A stretch of DNA of 64,000 nucleotides from Verrucomicrobiia bacterium (GTDB lineage: Bacteria > Verrucomicrobiota > Verrucomicrobiia > Palsa-1439): positions 632-64,631 of the forward strand of contig JBBISF010000001.1 of the NCBI GenBank assembly GCA_037441425.1. Direction: 5' to 3'. Position numbers and translations under genes: made by a program. Under the pieces are notes generated by a model. The model was not told where the DNA came from. It saw only the letters and a list, made by a program, of their open reading frames with translations, and made no database searches. Positions 31,666-40,032 of the stretch are shown here, one piece after another (position 1 is the first letter of the stretch; every line of letters begins with the position of its first letter).

Positions 31666-33404
31666 CTGCCGTTGCCGTTCTTCTTGCAGGCCGCCTCGAA
31701 TTCGCTGCGGTAATTTTTTAGGAACGCTTTGACCGGCCACGCGGCGGCTTCGCCGAGGGGGCAGATCGTTTTGCCGTCGATATTGTCGGCGACTTCGAAG
31801 AGGAGATCGACGTCCTCCGGGCGGCCGTGGCCGTCTTTGATGCGGTGGAGCATTTTCTCCATCCAGAGCGTGCCTTCCCGGCACGGCGTGCATTGACCGC
31901 AACTTTCGTGGGCGTAAAATTGGGAGACGTTGAGCGTGGTGTCGACGATGTTGACATCTTCGGTGAGGACGACGATGCCGCCGCTACCGGCCATCGTGCC
32001 GGCTTTGCGGAGGCTTTCGAAATCGAGGGGGACGTCGAGATTATTCGCAGGCATTACCGGCATTGAACTCCCACCGGGAATGACGCCTTTGATTTTCTTG
32101 CCGTCTTTGACGCCGCCGCAAACGTCTTCGATGAGTTGGCGCATCGTGAGTTTGCCCATCTCGAATTCGTAGTAGCCGGGGCGTTTGACTGGACCGCTGA
32201 CGCAGACGAGTCGCGTGCCGGTCGAGCCGGGGACACCCATCGCTTTGAACCACGCCGCGCCGTTTTTGACGATGTGCGGGATGTTTGAAAGAGTCTCGAC
32301 GTTGTTGACGACGGTCGGGCAGCCGAACAAACCGACGATGGCCGGGAACGGCGGTTTGATGCGCGGGTAAGCGCGTTTGCCTTCGAGCGATTCGATGAGG
32401 CCGGTCTCTTCGCCGCAAATGTACGCGCCCGCGCCGCGGTGGACGTAGATCTCGGCGGTCTTGCCGACGTAACCTTTGGCGCGCGCTTCTTCTATGGCTC
32501 CCAGAAGAATCTGCGCGCCGACCGGCATCTCACCGCGAATATATATGTAGGCCACCTTCGCGCCGGTCGCGTAACAGGAGATGAGGATGCCTTCGATGAG
32601 CTGGTGCGGATCGTAATTGATCAGTTGCCGGTCCTTGAAAGTTCCCGGCTCAGACTCGTCGGCGTTGCAAACGAGGTACGTCGGCTTGCCGGTATTCTTC
32701 GCGAGGAAACTCCATTTGAGACCGCATGGAAAACCGGCGCCGCCGCGTCCGCGAATCTCGCTGTTTTTGACTTCGTTGACGATGTCCTCGGGCTTCATCG
32801 TCAGCGCTTTCGCCAACGCCTGATAGCCGCCTTCCTTCTCGTAATCGGTCAGCGAGCCCGTGTAGCCGGGTTTGGTGATGTTCGCGAGCAGGATGCGTTT
32901 TTCGAGCGGATGCGCCGGTAACGGCTTGGCGACCGGCTCTTTCGCGAGCGTGCCGGTGCGCTTGATGTCGGCGATGATCTGGTCGAGGCGTTCCGGCGTC
33001 ATCCTGTCGTAATGCTCGTCATTGATCATCATCGCCGGGCCGGTGCCGCACGAGGCGAGACATTCAACGGTCGAGACTTCGAAGTCCGGGCCGAGATTTT
33101 TCAGGCGTTCCAACAGTTTCGCGCTCCCGGCCAGTTGACAGGAGAGTGTCCGGCAAATCTTGATGTGAAACCTGGCGCGCGGCTTCTGCGTGAACATCGG
33201 GTAGAACGTGACCACTTCCCAGACATTGATCGGCTGGAGGCCGAGTTTGCCGGCAATCCATTCGACTTGTTCCGCGCCGAGACAGCCGCAGTGATCCTGA
33301 ATCAAATGACAGAGCCACAACACCGCCGCCCGTTTCGTCGGGTAATGCGTGATGATCTCGTCGATGTGACGTTCGAGGTCGGCAGGGATGATTAAGTTAG
33401 CCAC
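31653..33404 (-). CDS. nuoEF: fused NADH-quinone oxidoreductase subunits E and F
   Basis: The N-terminal about 150 aa is NuoE-like (YPTKRAAVLWLCHLIQ, ICRTLSCQLAG, CLASCGTGPAMMIND). The rest is NuoF (GRGGAGFPCGLKW, ESCGQCTPCREG). It is one 583-aa frame with a GTG start at 33404 inside the repeat. Confidence 0.9.
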   Translation of the reverse strand: MANLIIPADLERHIDEIITHYPTKRAAVLWLCHLIQDHCGCLGAEQVEWIAGKLGLQPINVWEVVTFYPMFTQKPRARFHIKICRTLSCQLAGSAKLLERLKNLGPDFEVSTVECLASCGTGPAMMINDEHYDRMTPERLDQIIADIKRTGTLAKEPVAKPLPAHPLEKRILLANITKPGYTGSLTDYEKEGGYQALAKALTMKPEDIVNEVKNSEIRGRGGAGFPCGLKWSFLAKNTGKPTYLVCNADESEPGTFKDRQLINYDPHQLIEGILISCYATGAKVAYIYIRGEMPVGAQILLGAIEEARAKGYVGKTAEIYVHRGAGAYICGEETGLIESLEGKRAYPRIKPPFPAIVGLFGCPTVVNNVETLSNIPHIVKNGAAWFKAMGVPGSTGTRLVCVSGPVKRPGYYEFEMGKLTMRQLIEDVCGGVKDGKKIKGVIPGGSSMPVMPANNLDVPLDFESLRKAGTMAGSGGIVVLTEDVNIVDTTLNVSQFYAHESCGQCTPCREGTLWMEKMLHRIKDGHGRPEDVDLLFEVADNIDGKTICPLGEAAAWPVKAFLKNYRSEFEAACKKNGNGSSHE

Positions 33405-33428
33405 GAATGCACACGAATGTTCACGAAT
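33398..33428. repeat. left 31-nt 'cacgaat' arm flanking the GxxExxY gene
   Basis: tagccacgaatgcacacgaatgttcacgaat matches the reverse complement of 33808..33838 at 28/31 positions. Confidence 0.85.
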
Positions 33429-33453
33429 CGGCTGGTCATTACATGACCAGCCG
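33429..33453. other. 11-bp perfect stem-loop containing the GxxExxY stop codon
   Basis: cggctggtcat-tac-atgaccagccg, immediately adjacent to the left arm. Confidence 0.7.
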
Positions 33454-33819
33454 TTTGAATTCGCACTTCGTCCTTCCGAAGTTGGTCAACACGCCGACCT
33501 TCAGCCCGGTTGCCTTCAAATAGTTTAGCAACTGCGCTTCGTGCTGTTTGTTGTATGTTTGCTCGGCTTTCAATTCTACGATCACTTTGTCATCAACTAT
33601 CAAATCGGCCACGTAGTCACCCACGATGGCTTCTTTGTACTTCACTTTCAGCGCGTGCTGCGCTTCCACTTTCACGCCGCGTTTGGCCAACTCGATCAAC
33701 AGTGCGTTCTCATACACCTTCTCTAAAAATCCGTATCCCAAAACATTGTGCACCTCGAACGCCGCTCCCACAATTTGACCGACCAAATCGCCATGAATCA
33801 GTTCCTTATTCGTGTCCAT
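33439..33819 (-). CDS. GxxExxY-family protein (PD-(D/E)xK nuclease fold)
   Basis: 126 aa. IVGAAFEVHNVLGYGFLEKVYENAL..EL (the GxxExxY motif), DLIVDDKVIVELKA (D..ExK core), AQLLNYLKATGLKVGVLTNFG. Confidence 0.88.
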   Translation of the reverse strand: MDTNKELIHGDLVGQIVGAAFEVHNVLGYGFLEKVYENALLIELAKRGVKVEAQHALKVKYKEAIVGDYVADLIVDDKVIVELKAEQTYNKQHEAQLLNYLKATGLKVGVLTNFGRTKCEFKRLVM

Positions 33820-33838
33820 TCGTGTGGATTCGTGGCTA
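33808..33838. repeat. right 31-nt 'cacgaat' arm flanking the GxxExxY gene
   Basis: attcgtgtccattcgtgtggattcgtggcta. It contains the GxxExxY ATG (33819) and the nuoD stop TAG (33836..33838). Confidence 0.85.
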
Positions 33839-35074
33839 CCGGTCGCACTCTCCCATCACGAAATCGATGCTCGACAAGATTGCCACCATATCGCTGACCA
33901 TGTGGCCGCGGGAAACAACCGGGAGCATCTGCAGATTGACAAACGACGGCGCGCGGATCTTCAACCGGTGCGGGGTGCCGCCACCTTTGCTGATAATGTA
34001 AAAACCGAGTTCGCCTTTCGGGTTTTCCGCAGAGAAATAAACTTCGCCGGGGGGGGCGTTGATGCCTTGGGTGACCGCGATGAAGTGGTGGATGAGTTCC
34101 TCCATCTTCGTCAGGACGGCTTTCTTTTCCGGCAACACAATCTTCGCTTCGGGCGCGTTGACCGGGCCGTCCGGCAGCTTGTCCAACGCCTGCTGGAGGA
34201 TCCGAACGCTCTGACGCATTTCTTCCATCCGCACCAAATACCGATCGTAGCAATCACCCACGGCGCCGACCGGCACATCAAAATCAAAATTCTCGTACCC
34301 GCCGTAGGGATGCGTTTTCCGAAGGTCCCAATCCACACCCGACCCGCGCAAGCATGGGCCCGTTACACCGAGATCAATGGCGTCTTCTTTGCTGAGGACG
34401 CCGATCTCCTGGGTGCGCTCAATGAAAATCTTGTTGCGGCTCAGCAGCTTGTCCACCTCGTCAATCGTGGCCGGAAACTCTTTCAAGAATTGCCGCACCA
34501 TCGGCAGAAATGTTGCCGGCATGTCGTTGGCGAGACCACCGATGCGCGTGTAGCTCGTCGTGAACCGCGCGCCGCTGATGCACTCGGCGAGGTCGTAAAT
34601 CTTCTCGCGTTCCCGGAACGTGTAGAGGAACACCGTCATTGCCCCCACGTCCATGCCGAAGCAGCCAATGCCGAGCAGATGCGAGCTGATGCGCGCCAGC
34701 TCCGAGCAAATCACGCGGATATATTTGCAGCGTGGCGGCACGTCAATGCCCAGGAGTTTTTCGACGGCGTAGGCGTAGGCGACATTGTTGGCGAGCGGGG
34801 CGATGTAGTCCAACCGGTCGGTGTAGGGAATGAACTGCGTGTACGTCATGTTCTCGGCGATTTTCTCGTCGCCGCGATGCAGATAACCGACATCCGGCCA
34901 TGCGTTGAGAATCTCCTCGCCGTCCAACTCCAGCACCACGCGCAACACCCCGTGCGTGCTGGGATGCTGCGGCCCCATGTTGATGATCATCTTCTCGCCG
35001 TGCAATTCTTCTTCCATCATCTGCTGCGCGCGCGCGGCGGAATCAATCAATTCCATTTCTTGCGTGGTCGCCAT
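33836..35074 (-). CDS. nuoD: NADH-quinone oxidoreductase subunit D
   Basis: 412 aa. INMGPQHPSTHGVLR, LHRGDEKI and C-terminal ..DFVMGECDR. Confidence 0.94.
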   Translation of the reverse strand: MATTQEMELIDSAARAQQMMEEELHGEKMIINMGPQHPSTHGVLRVVLELDGEEILNAWPDVGYLHRGDEKIAENMTYTQFIPYTDRLDYIAPLANNVAYAYAVEKLLGIDVPPRCKYIRVICSELARISSHLLGIGCFGMDVGAMTVFLYTFREREKIYDLAECISGARFTTSYTRIGGLANDMPATFLPMVRQFLKEFPATIDEVDKLLSRNKIFIERTQEIGVLSKEDAIDLGVTGPCLRGSGVDWDLRKTHPYGGYENFDFDVPVGAVGDCYDRYLVRMEEMRQSVRILQQALDKLPDGPVNAPEAKIVLPEKKAVLTKMEELIHHFIAVTQGINAPPGEVYFSAENPKGELGFYIISKGGGTPHRLKIRAPSFVNLQMLPVVSRGHMVSDMVAILSSIDFVMGECDR

Positions 35075-35077
35075 CGC

Positions 35078-35719
35078 TTAAACCGACTCCTTCTTCGTCG
35101 GCGTCTTCAACTTGTCCTGCTGCTCCGCAATCGTGTCGTATTGCCGGGGTTCTTTGCGTAATGAACTGCGTGTGCCGGAGCCCGCCACGAACGGCCCGCC
35201 CAACATCGGTGCCGTTTCGACTATTCCGGCATTGACTGCTGTTTCCGGTAACTCCGTCGGCACGCCGGCCAACGGGAAATCTTTGCGCAACGGGTGATGG
35301 GGATACCCGTCCCACATCAGAATCCGCTTCAAATTCGGATGCTGGCGGAAGCGGATGCCGTACATGTCGAACGCCTCGCGCTCCTGCCAGTCCGCGCCGC
35401 GCCACACGGCCGTCACGGAGTCCACAACCAAATCGTCTTCCGGCACGGTGATCTTCAATCGCAACCAGCACCGGTGCGTGAACGAATACAGCAGGTAATC
35501 CACCTCGTAACGCGGGTCTTCACCGTAGTTATCCACACCGGCCAGATCGGTCAGCATGTCGAATCCGCATTCCTTTTTCAGAAACTGGCAGACCGGCGCG
35601 ATTTGCTCGCGCGTCACACTGACCGTGACTTCGCCGCGAAATTCGCTCGGCTCGCCAATGGCGGCGGCGAATTGGGCTTTCAGTTTCCCGACGGCTTCCT
35701 GCGGCGTCATACCTTCCAA
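35078..35719 (-). CDS. nuoC: NADH-quinone oxidoreductase subunit C
   Basis: 213 aa. [12 protein letters not shown]-type motif ([14 protein letters not shown]) and PLRKDFPL. Confidence 0.9.
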   Translation of the reverse strand: MEGMTPQEAVGKLKAQFAAAIGEPSEFRGEVTVSVTREQIAPVCQFLKKECGFDMLTDLAGVDNYGEDPRYEVDYLLYSFTHRCWLRLKITVPEDDLVVDSVTAVWRGADWQEREAFDMYGIRFRQHPNLKRILMWDGYPHHPLRKDFPLAGVPTELPETAVNAGIVETAPMLGGPFVAGSGTRSSLRKEPRQYDTIAEQQDKLKTPTKKESV

Positions 35720-36273
35720 CCCTCAAACTTCCCGGCATACTCCCCGCGGACGATGACCGGGCCTTGGACCGGTTGCGCTGTCGGCGCCTGATGCGCGCCG
35801 CTTTTCATACCCGCCAGGGCACTTTCCGCTTGGATCTTCCGTTGAATCGCCATCAATCCTTCAAGCAACGCTTCCGGCCGCGGCGGGCAACCGGAGATGT
35901 ACACGTCCACCGGCAGAAAATGATCCACGCCTTGCACCACCGCGTAACTGCGATACATCCCACCCGAACTGGCGCACGCGCCCATCGCGATGCACCATTT
36001 CGGATTTGGCATCTGGTCCCACACGCGTTTGACCGTCCCGGCCATCTTGTACACGCATGTGCCGGCCACGATCATCAAATCGGCTTGCCGGGGCGAGAAC
36101 CGCATCACTTCCGCGCCGAATCGGGCAATATCAAACCGGCTCGCGCCCACCGCCATCAACTCGATCGCGCAACACGCCAACCCCATCGGCATCGGCCAAC
36201 AGGAATTCTTGCGCACCCAGTCAATCGCCGCGTCCACGCGCGTCACCATCACATCGGCGGTTTCAACCTTCAT
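35707..36273 (-). CDS. nuoB: NADH-quinone oxidoreductase subunit B
   Basis: The start MKVETADV at 36273 overlaps the nuoA stop (ATGA). [16 protein letters not shown] and GCPPRPE cluster N2 motifs. Confidence 0.92.
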   Translation of the reverse strand: MKVETADVMVTRVDAAIDWVRKNSCWPMPMGLACCAIELMAVGASRFDIARFGAEVMRFSPRQADLMIVAGTCVYKMAGTVKRVWDQMPNPKWCIAMGACASSGGMYRSYAVVQGVDHFLPVDVYISGCPPRPEALLEGLMAIQRKIQAESALAGMKSGAHQAPTAQPVQGPVIVRGEYAGKFEGWKV

Positions 36274-36674
36274 GATGGTCGCCTCGGTTTCTTGGGGGAC
36301 CAGTCGAGCGCGCCCTTCTTCCAAGCGTAGATGTGGCCGACTTCCAAAATCAGCAGAAACACCGCCGCGCCGGCCAGAATTTTCCAGCCCATTTCATGGA
36401 GCAAGTCGCGATACACCGCCGCCCACCCGAGGAAGAACACGACTTCGATGTCGAACAAGATGAAGAGCATCGCGATCAGGTAGAACTTCACGCTGAACCG
36501 CGTGTGCGCCTCGGTCATGGCCGGCATGCCGCACTCGTACGCGCTGTCCTTGACCGGATCGTGGACGCGTTTCTTGCCGATCACATACGGCAACACCAAG
36601 TTGGTTCCGGCGAACCCGATGGCCACCAGCAACAACAATCCAACCGGCACATATTGATAAAGTTGCTCGCTCAT
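36270..36674 (-). CDS. nuoA: NADH-quinone oxidoreductase subunit A
   Basis: 134 aa and three TM helices. YECG..P and FDIEVVFF motifs. First gene of the operon. Confidence 0.9.
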   Translation of the reverse strand: MSEQLYQYVPVGLLLLVAIGFAGTNLVLPYVIGKKRVHDPVKDSAYECGMPAMTEAHTRFSVKFYLIAMLFILFDIEVVFFLGWAAVYRDLLHEMGWKILAGAAVFLLILEVGHIYAWKKGALDWSPKKPRRPS

Positions 36675-36709
36675 ACCTGCGGACCCGCCCTGCGACTTCG
36701 GCGGGGCTT

Positions 36710-36725
36710 TGTGACAAAATTCACT
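36710..36725. promoter_or_regulatory. CRP-like palindrome in the nuoA / midA-like divergent region
   Basis: TGTGAcaaaatTCACt matches TGTGA-N6-TCACA at 9/10 half-site positions. It lies 36 nt from the nuoA ATG. Confidence 0.2.
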
Positions 36726-37729
36726 TGAAAACTACCGGGATTGCCCGTGCCATGCAAGAGCTATTTCGCTATCCTAGGGCCGTGACCGGCAACCCAGTTT
36801 TGATCGAGGAAATCCGCCGTGCAATCCGCGCAGCGGGCGGGCGCATCACCTTTGAGAGGTTCATGGAGTTGGCATTGTATCACCCGCAGCACGGCTACTA
36901 CACGACCGGGAGCCAACGCATTGGGAAAGCCGGTGATTTTTTCACCAGTGTCAGCGTCGGGCCGTTGTTCGGACGGATTCTGGCCCGGCAATTTCAGCGG
37001 TGGGGTGTGAAAGAAGTGGTGGAATTCGGCGGGCACCGCGGCCAGTTGCGGGACGACGTGCTGGCGGTCGCGTCCGATCTCGCGTATCGCGTCGTGGAGG
37101 TGGGTGATCCATTACCGGAGCGCATCACCGGCTGCGTATTTTCCAACGAGTTTCTCGACGCGTTGCCGGTGCATCGGCTTTGCGGTGACCGTGAAGTGTA
37201 TGTCAACGCACGCCTTGAGGAAGAACTGAGGCCGTTGTCGGATCACCGATTGCCCCGGTTGCCGCAAGGCTACCGGTCGGAAATCAATCTGCGCGCGTTG
37301 GACTGGCTGACGAACATCGCCGGCCGACTCACCGGGTCGGCCTACATCCTGACGATTGATTATGGGTTTGAACGCGCCGCGTATTTCGCGCCGCATCACC
37401 AGGACGGTCATTTGCAGTGCTACTACCGGCACACGAAGAACACCAACCCGTACCAGCATATCGGCGAACAGGACATCACGGCGCACGTGGAATTCACTTC
37501 GCTCATCGAACATGGCCGGCAGCTCGGGTTGGAGCCGGTGTTGTTCACTGACCAAGCGCACTTTCTCCTGCAAGCCGGTGAGGCGGAGATTACCGAGATC
37601 GTGGCCCGCACCGCCGGTCAACTCAGCCGGGACCGCGCCGCGCTTCATCAACTCCTGCATTCCTCGATGGGCCACGCGTTCAGGGTTTTGGTCCAACAAA
37701 AGCCGCCGGCGGCTGGTAACCCACAATAA
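36725..37729 (+). CDS. MidA/NDUFAF7-family (DUF185) class I SAM-dependent methyltransferase
   Basis: ITFERFMELALYHPQHGYY, GDFFTSVSVGPLFG, SNEFLDALPVHRL, TIDYGF and DITAHVEFTSL follow the Methyltransf_28 pattern. The track start is TTG at 36725, and the first in-frame ATG is at 36752. Confidence 0.8.
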   Translation: MKTTGIARAMQELFRYPRAVTGNPVLIEEIRRAIRAAGGRITFERFMELALYHPQHGYYTTGSQRIGKAGDFFTSVSVGPLFGRILARQFQRWGVKEVVEFGGHRGQLRDDVLAVASDLAYRVVEVGDPLPERITGCVFSNEFLDALPVHRLCGDREVYVNARLEEELRPLSDHRLPRLPQGYRSEINLRALDWLTNIAGRLTGSAYILTIDYGFERAAYFAPHHQDGHLQCYYRHTKNTNPYQHIGEQDITAHVEFTSLIEHGRQLGLEPVLFTDQAHFLLQAGEAEITEIVARTAGQLSRDRAALHQLLHSSMGHAFRVLVQQKPPAAGNPQ

Positions 37730-37903
37730 TCATGACTGCTTGTTGCGCACGGGGGCATCTTGTGCTATCAAAATGGCGAGAAGCGTCGGGGTTGATTGGC
37801 GCAGCGAGAATTGGCGAGGAGGCGTTTTCCATGATCGCCAAGGGGCATGGCAGCGACGCTTCCGTTAGGCGGACAACATGAGCAACCATGAAAGGAGACC
37901 CAC

Positions 37904-38329
37904 ATGGGCATGGTGAAGGAGTTCAAGGAGTTCGCGATGCGCGGCAATGTCGTGGATATGGCCGTGGGCATCATCATCGGCGGGGCGTTTGGCAAGATCG
38001 TCAGTTCGTTGGTCAACGATGTGCTGATGCCGCCGATCGGCGCGCTGCTGGGAGGCATGGACTTCAGCAGTCTGGCAGTCACGGTCAGGGAGGCGTCTTT
38101 TGGCAAAACCGCCGTCGTGATCAGTTATGGCAAGTTCATTAACACGGTGATTGATTTCATCATCGTGGCGTTCTGCATCTTCATGGTAATCAAGGCCATG
38201 AATGCGTTGAAAAAGAAGGAAGCGCCGGCCCCGGCCCCTGCGCCGACTACCAAGAATTGCTCGTTCTGTCTTTCGGCAATTCCGTTGAAGGCCACGCGCT
38301 GCCCGTGTTGTACGTCCGAAGTCAAATAA
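37904..38329 (+). CDS. mscL: large-conductance mechanosensitive channel with C-terminal CxxC...CxxC tail
   Basis: [44 protein letters not shown] is the canonical MscL N-terminus. RBS AAAGGAG. The tail is [23 protein letters not shown]. Confidence 0.93.
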   Translation: MGMVKEFKEFAMRGNVVDMAVGIIIGGAFGKIVSSLVNDVLMPPIGALLGGMDFSSLAVTVREASFGKTAVVISYGKFINTVIDFIIVAFCIFMVIKAMNALKKKEAPAPAPAPTTKNCSFCLSAIPLKATRCPCCTSEVK

Positions 38330-38354
38330 CCAAAACCAAACAGGAGGAAATCCA

Positions 38355-39953
38355 ATGAGAAACAAGATGCACCTACTGGCCGCGACCGCGTGTGCGGCGG
38401 CAGTCGTCGTTACGTGGAGCGGTTGCTCCACCCAGTCGTACGAAGAAGGACGCCCGCGGATTTACGGCGAGCAAGAGTATAACACGCTGGACACCGCCGG
38501 TCGCGCGGGCCGCACCGACGTGCCCCGCTATACCCAGCGCGAAGAAGCCCCGCCAGCACCGGCACCCGCGCCGGCGCCGGTTGCAACGCCGCGCGCCAAG
38601 CCCACTTCATGTGGCGTCAATGAGTTCACGTTGAAGTCTGACCTATTACAGTTGGTCAAGCGCGTGCCCGCGGAAGCGACCCTCGGCCAAACGGTGGAGA
38701 ACGACATTGTGGTGACGCCACTCGCCGACTGCGCCAACGTGGCGATTACCGACACCGTTCCCGACAATGCGACGTATGTGAAGAGCGAGCCGGCCGCCCA
38801 GGTCAATGGCAAGAAGCTGACTTGGACGATGGATACGCTTGATAAGGGCAGCCCGGTCACCATCAAGGTCTGGTTGAAACCCGATCACGAAGGTTGCCTG
38901 GTCACCTGCGCCACCATGACCGCTATCCCGCGCGGTTGTGCCGCCACCCTGATTGGCGTCGCCAAACTCGCGATCTCCTGCTCGATGCCGGCGGCGGCCA
39001 ACGTCGGCGCGCAGCTTAACAAGGTCATCGAGGTCCGCAATACCGGCAGCGCCGTGGCCAAGAATGTGGTGATCACTGACACTCTGCCAGCCGGCCTGAG
39101 CGCGGCGGGCGCCACGACGTTCACCATCGGCGACCTCGCGCCCGGCCAAGCCAAGCAGGTGACCGTGCCGTTGAAAGCGGCCGCCCGCGGCTTGCAGACC
39201 AACTCCGCGACCGCCGAGTCGGCCAACGCGGGTGAAGCCAAAACGGAATGCGCGACCATGGTTAATCAGCCCGGCCTTGCGATTAGCAAGGACGGCACCA
39301 AGCAGCAGTTCTTGGGGCGCAACGCCACCTATAACATTGTCGTCAGCAATACCGGCGACACGGACCTGCAAAACGTGGTGGTTACGGATAAAGCCCCGGC
39401 TGAGACCAAGATTGTCAGCGCCGAAGGCGCCAGCGTTAGCGGCAATACCGCCGCTTGGACACTCGCCAGCTTGGCCAAAGGCGCCAAGCAATCACTCGGC
39501 ATCGTGTTGACCAGCGGCACCGCCGGCGAGCACTGCAACGTGGTCGGCGTCAAGAGTGCCGAGGGCCTCACGGCCGATGCGCAAGCGTGCACGTTGTGGA
39601 AGGGTGTGCCGGCCATCCTGCTCGAAACACGGGATGACCCCGATCCAGTGAGCATTGGCGATACGGTCACCTACACGATTCGCGTGACCAATCAAGGCAC
39701 GGCCAACGACACCAACATCAAGGTTGTGGCCCACTTCGCCAAGGAAGTTGATCCAATCAGCGCCTCGAACGGCGTGGTTGATGGTAAGACGGTCACGTTT
39801 ACGACCGTCCCAGTACTCGGGCCCAAGCAGGTCGTGACGTACACGATCACGGCCAAAGGCGTCGCCGCGGGCGACCATCGCCTGAAGGTTGACCTGACCT
39901 CGGATATGTTGACCGAGCCGGTCACCCACGAAGAAAGCACGCACGTTTACTAA
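38355..39953 (+). CDS. DUF11 (conserved repeat domain) lipoprotein
   Basis: Lipobox VTWSGC. There are four to five about 100-aa repeats with V.ITDT.P / VVVTDKAP... and GDTVTYTIRVTNQGTA signatures. RBS AGGAGGA. Confidence 0.8.
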   Translation: MRNKMHLLAATACAAAVVVTWSGCSTQSYEEGRPRIYGEQEYNTLDTAGRAGRTDVPRYTQREEAPPAPAPAPAPVATPRAKPTSCGVNEFTLKSDLLQLVKRVPAEATLGQTVENDIVVTPLADCANVAITDTVPDNATYVKSEPAAQVNGKKLTWTMDTLDKGSPVTIKVWLKPDHEGCLVTCATMTAIPRGCAATLIGVAKLAISCSMPAAANVGAQLNKVIEVRNTGSAVAKNVVITDTLPAGLSAAGATTFTIGDLAPGQAKQVTVPLKAAARGLQTNSATAESANAGEAKTECATMVNQPGLAISKDGTKQQFLGRNATYNIVVSNTGDTDLQNVVVTDKAPAETKIVSAEGASVSGNTAAWTLASLAKGAKQSLGIVLTSGTAGEHCNVVGVKSAEGLTADAQACTLWKGVPAILLETRDDPDPVSIGDTVTYTIRVTNQGTANDTNIKVVAHFAKEVDPISASNGVVDGKTVTFTTVPVLGPKQVVTYTITAKGVAAGDHRLKVDLTSDMLTEPVTHEESTHVY

Positions 39954-39970
39954 ACGTGCGTAATGGGTTG

Positions 39971-40003
39971 CAGGGGCTGACGGCCTGGCGCCGTCAGCCC
40001 CTG
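39971..40003 (+). terminator. 13-bp GC-rich stem-loop downstream of the DUF11 gene
   Basis: caggggctgacgg-cctggcg-ccgtcagcccctg, 18 nt after the stop. No U-tract follows, so its function as an intrinsic terminator is uncertain. Confidence 0.45.
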
Positions 40004-40032
40004 TCCGGGCCAAGTCCACGGAAAGGATCCAT

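Noticed and set aside
36684-36705. cccgcc-N10-ggcggg hairpin upstream of nuoA as a terminator or attenuator.
   Set aside because: The 6-bp stem has a 10-nt loop and no U-tract. No upstream gene needs termination on either strand.
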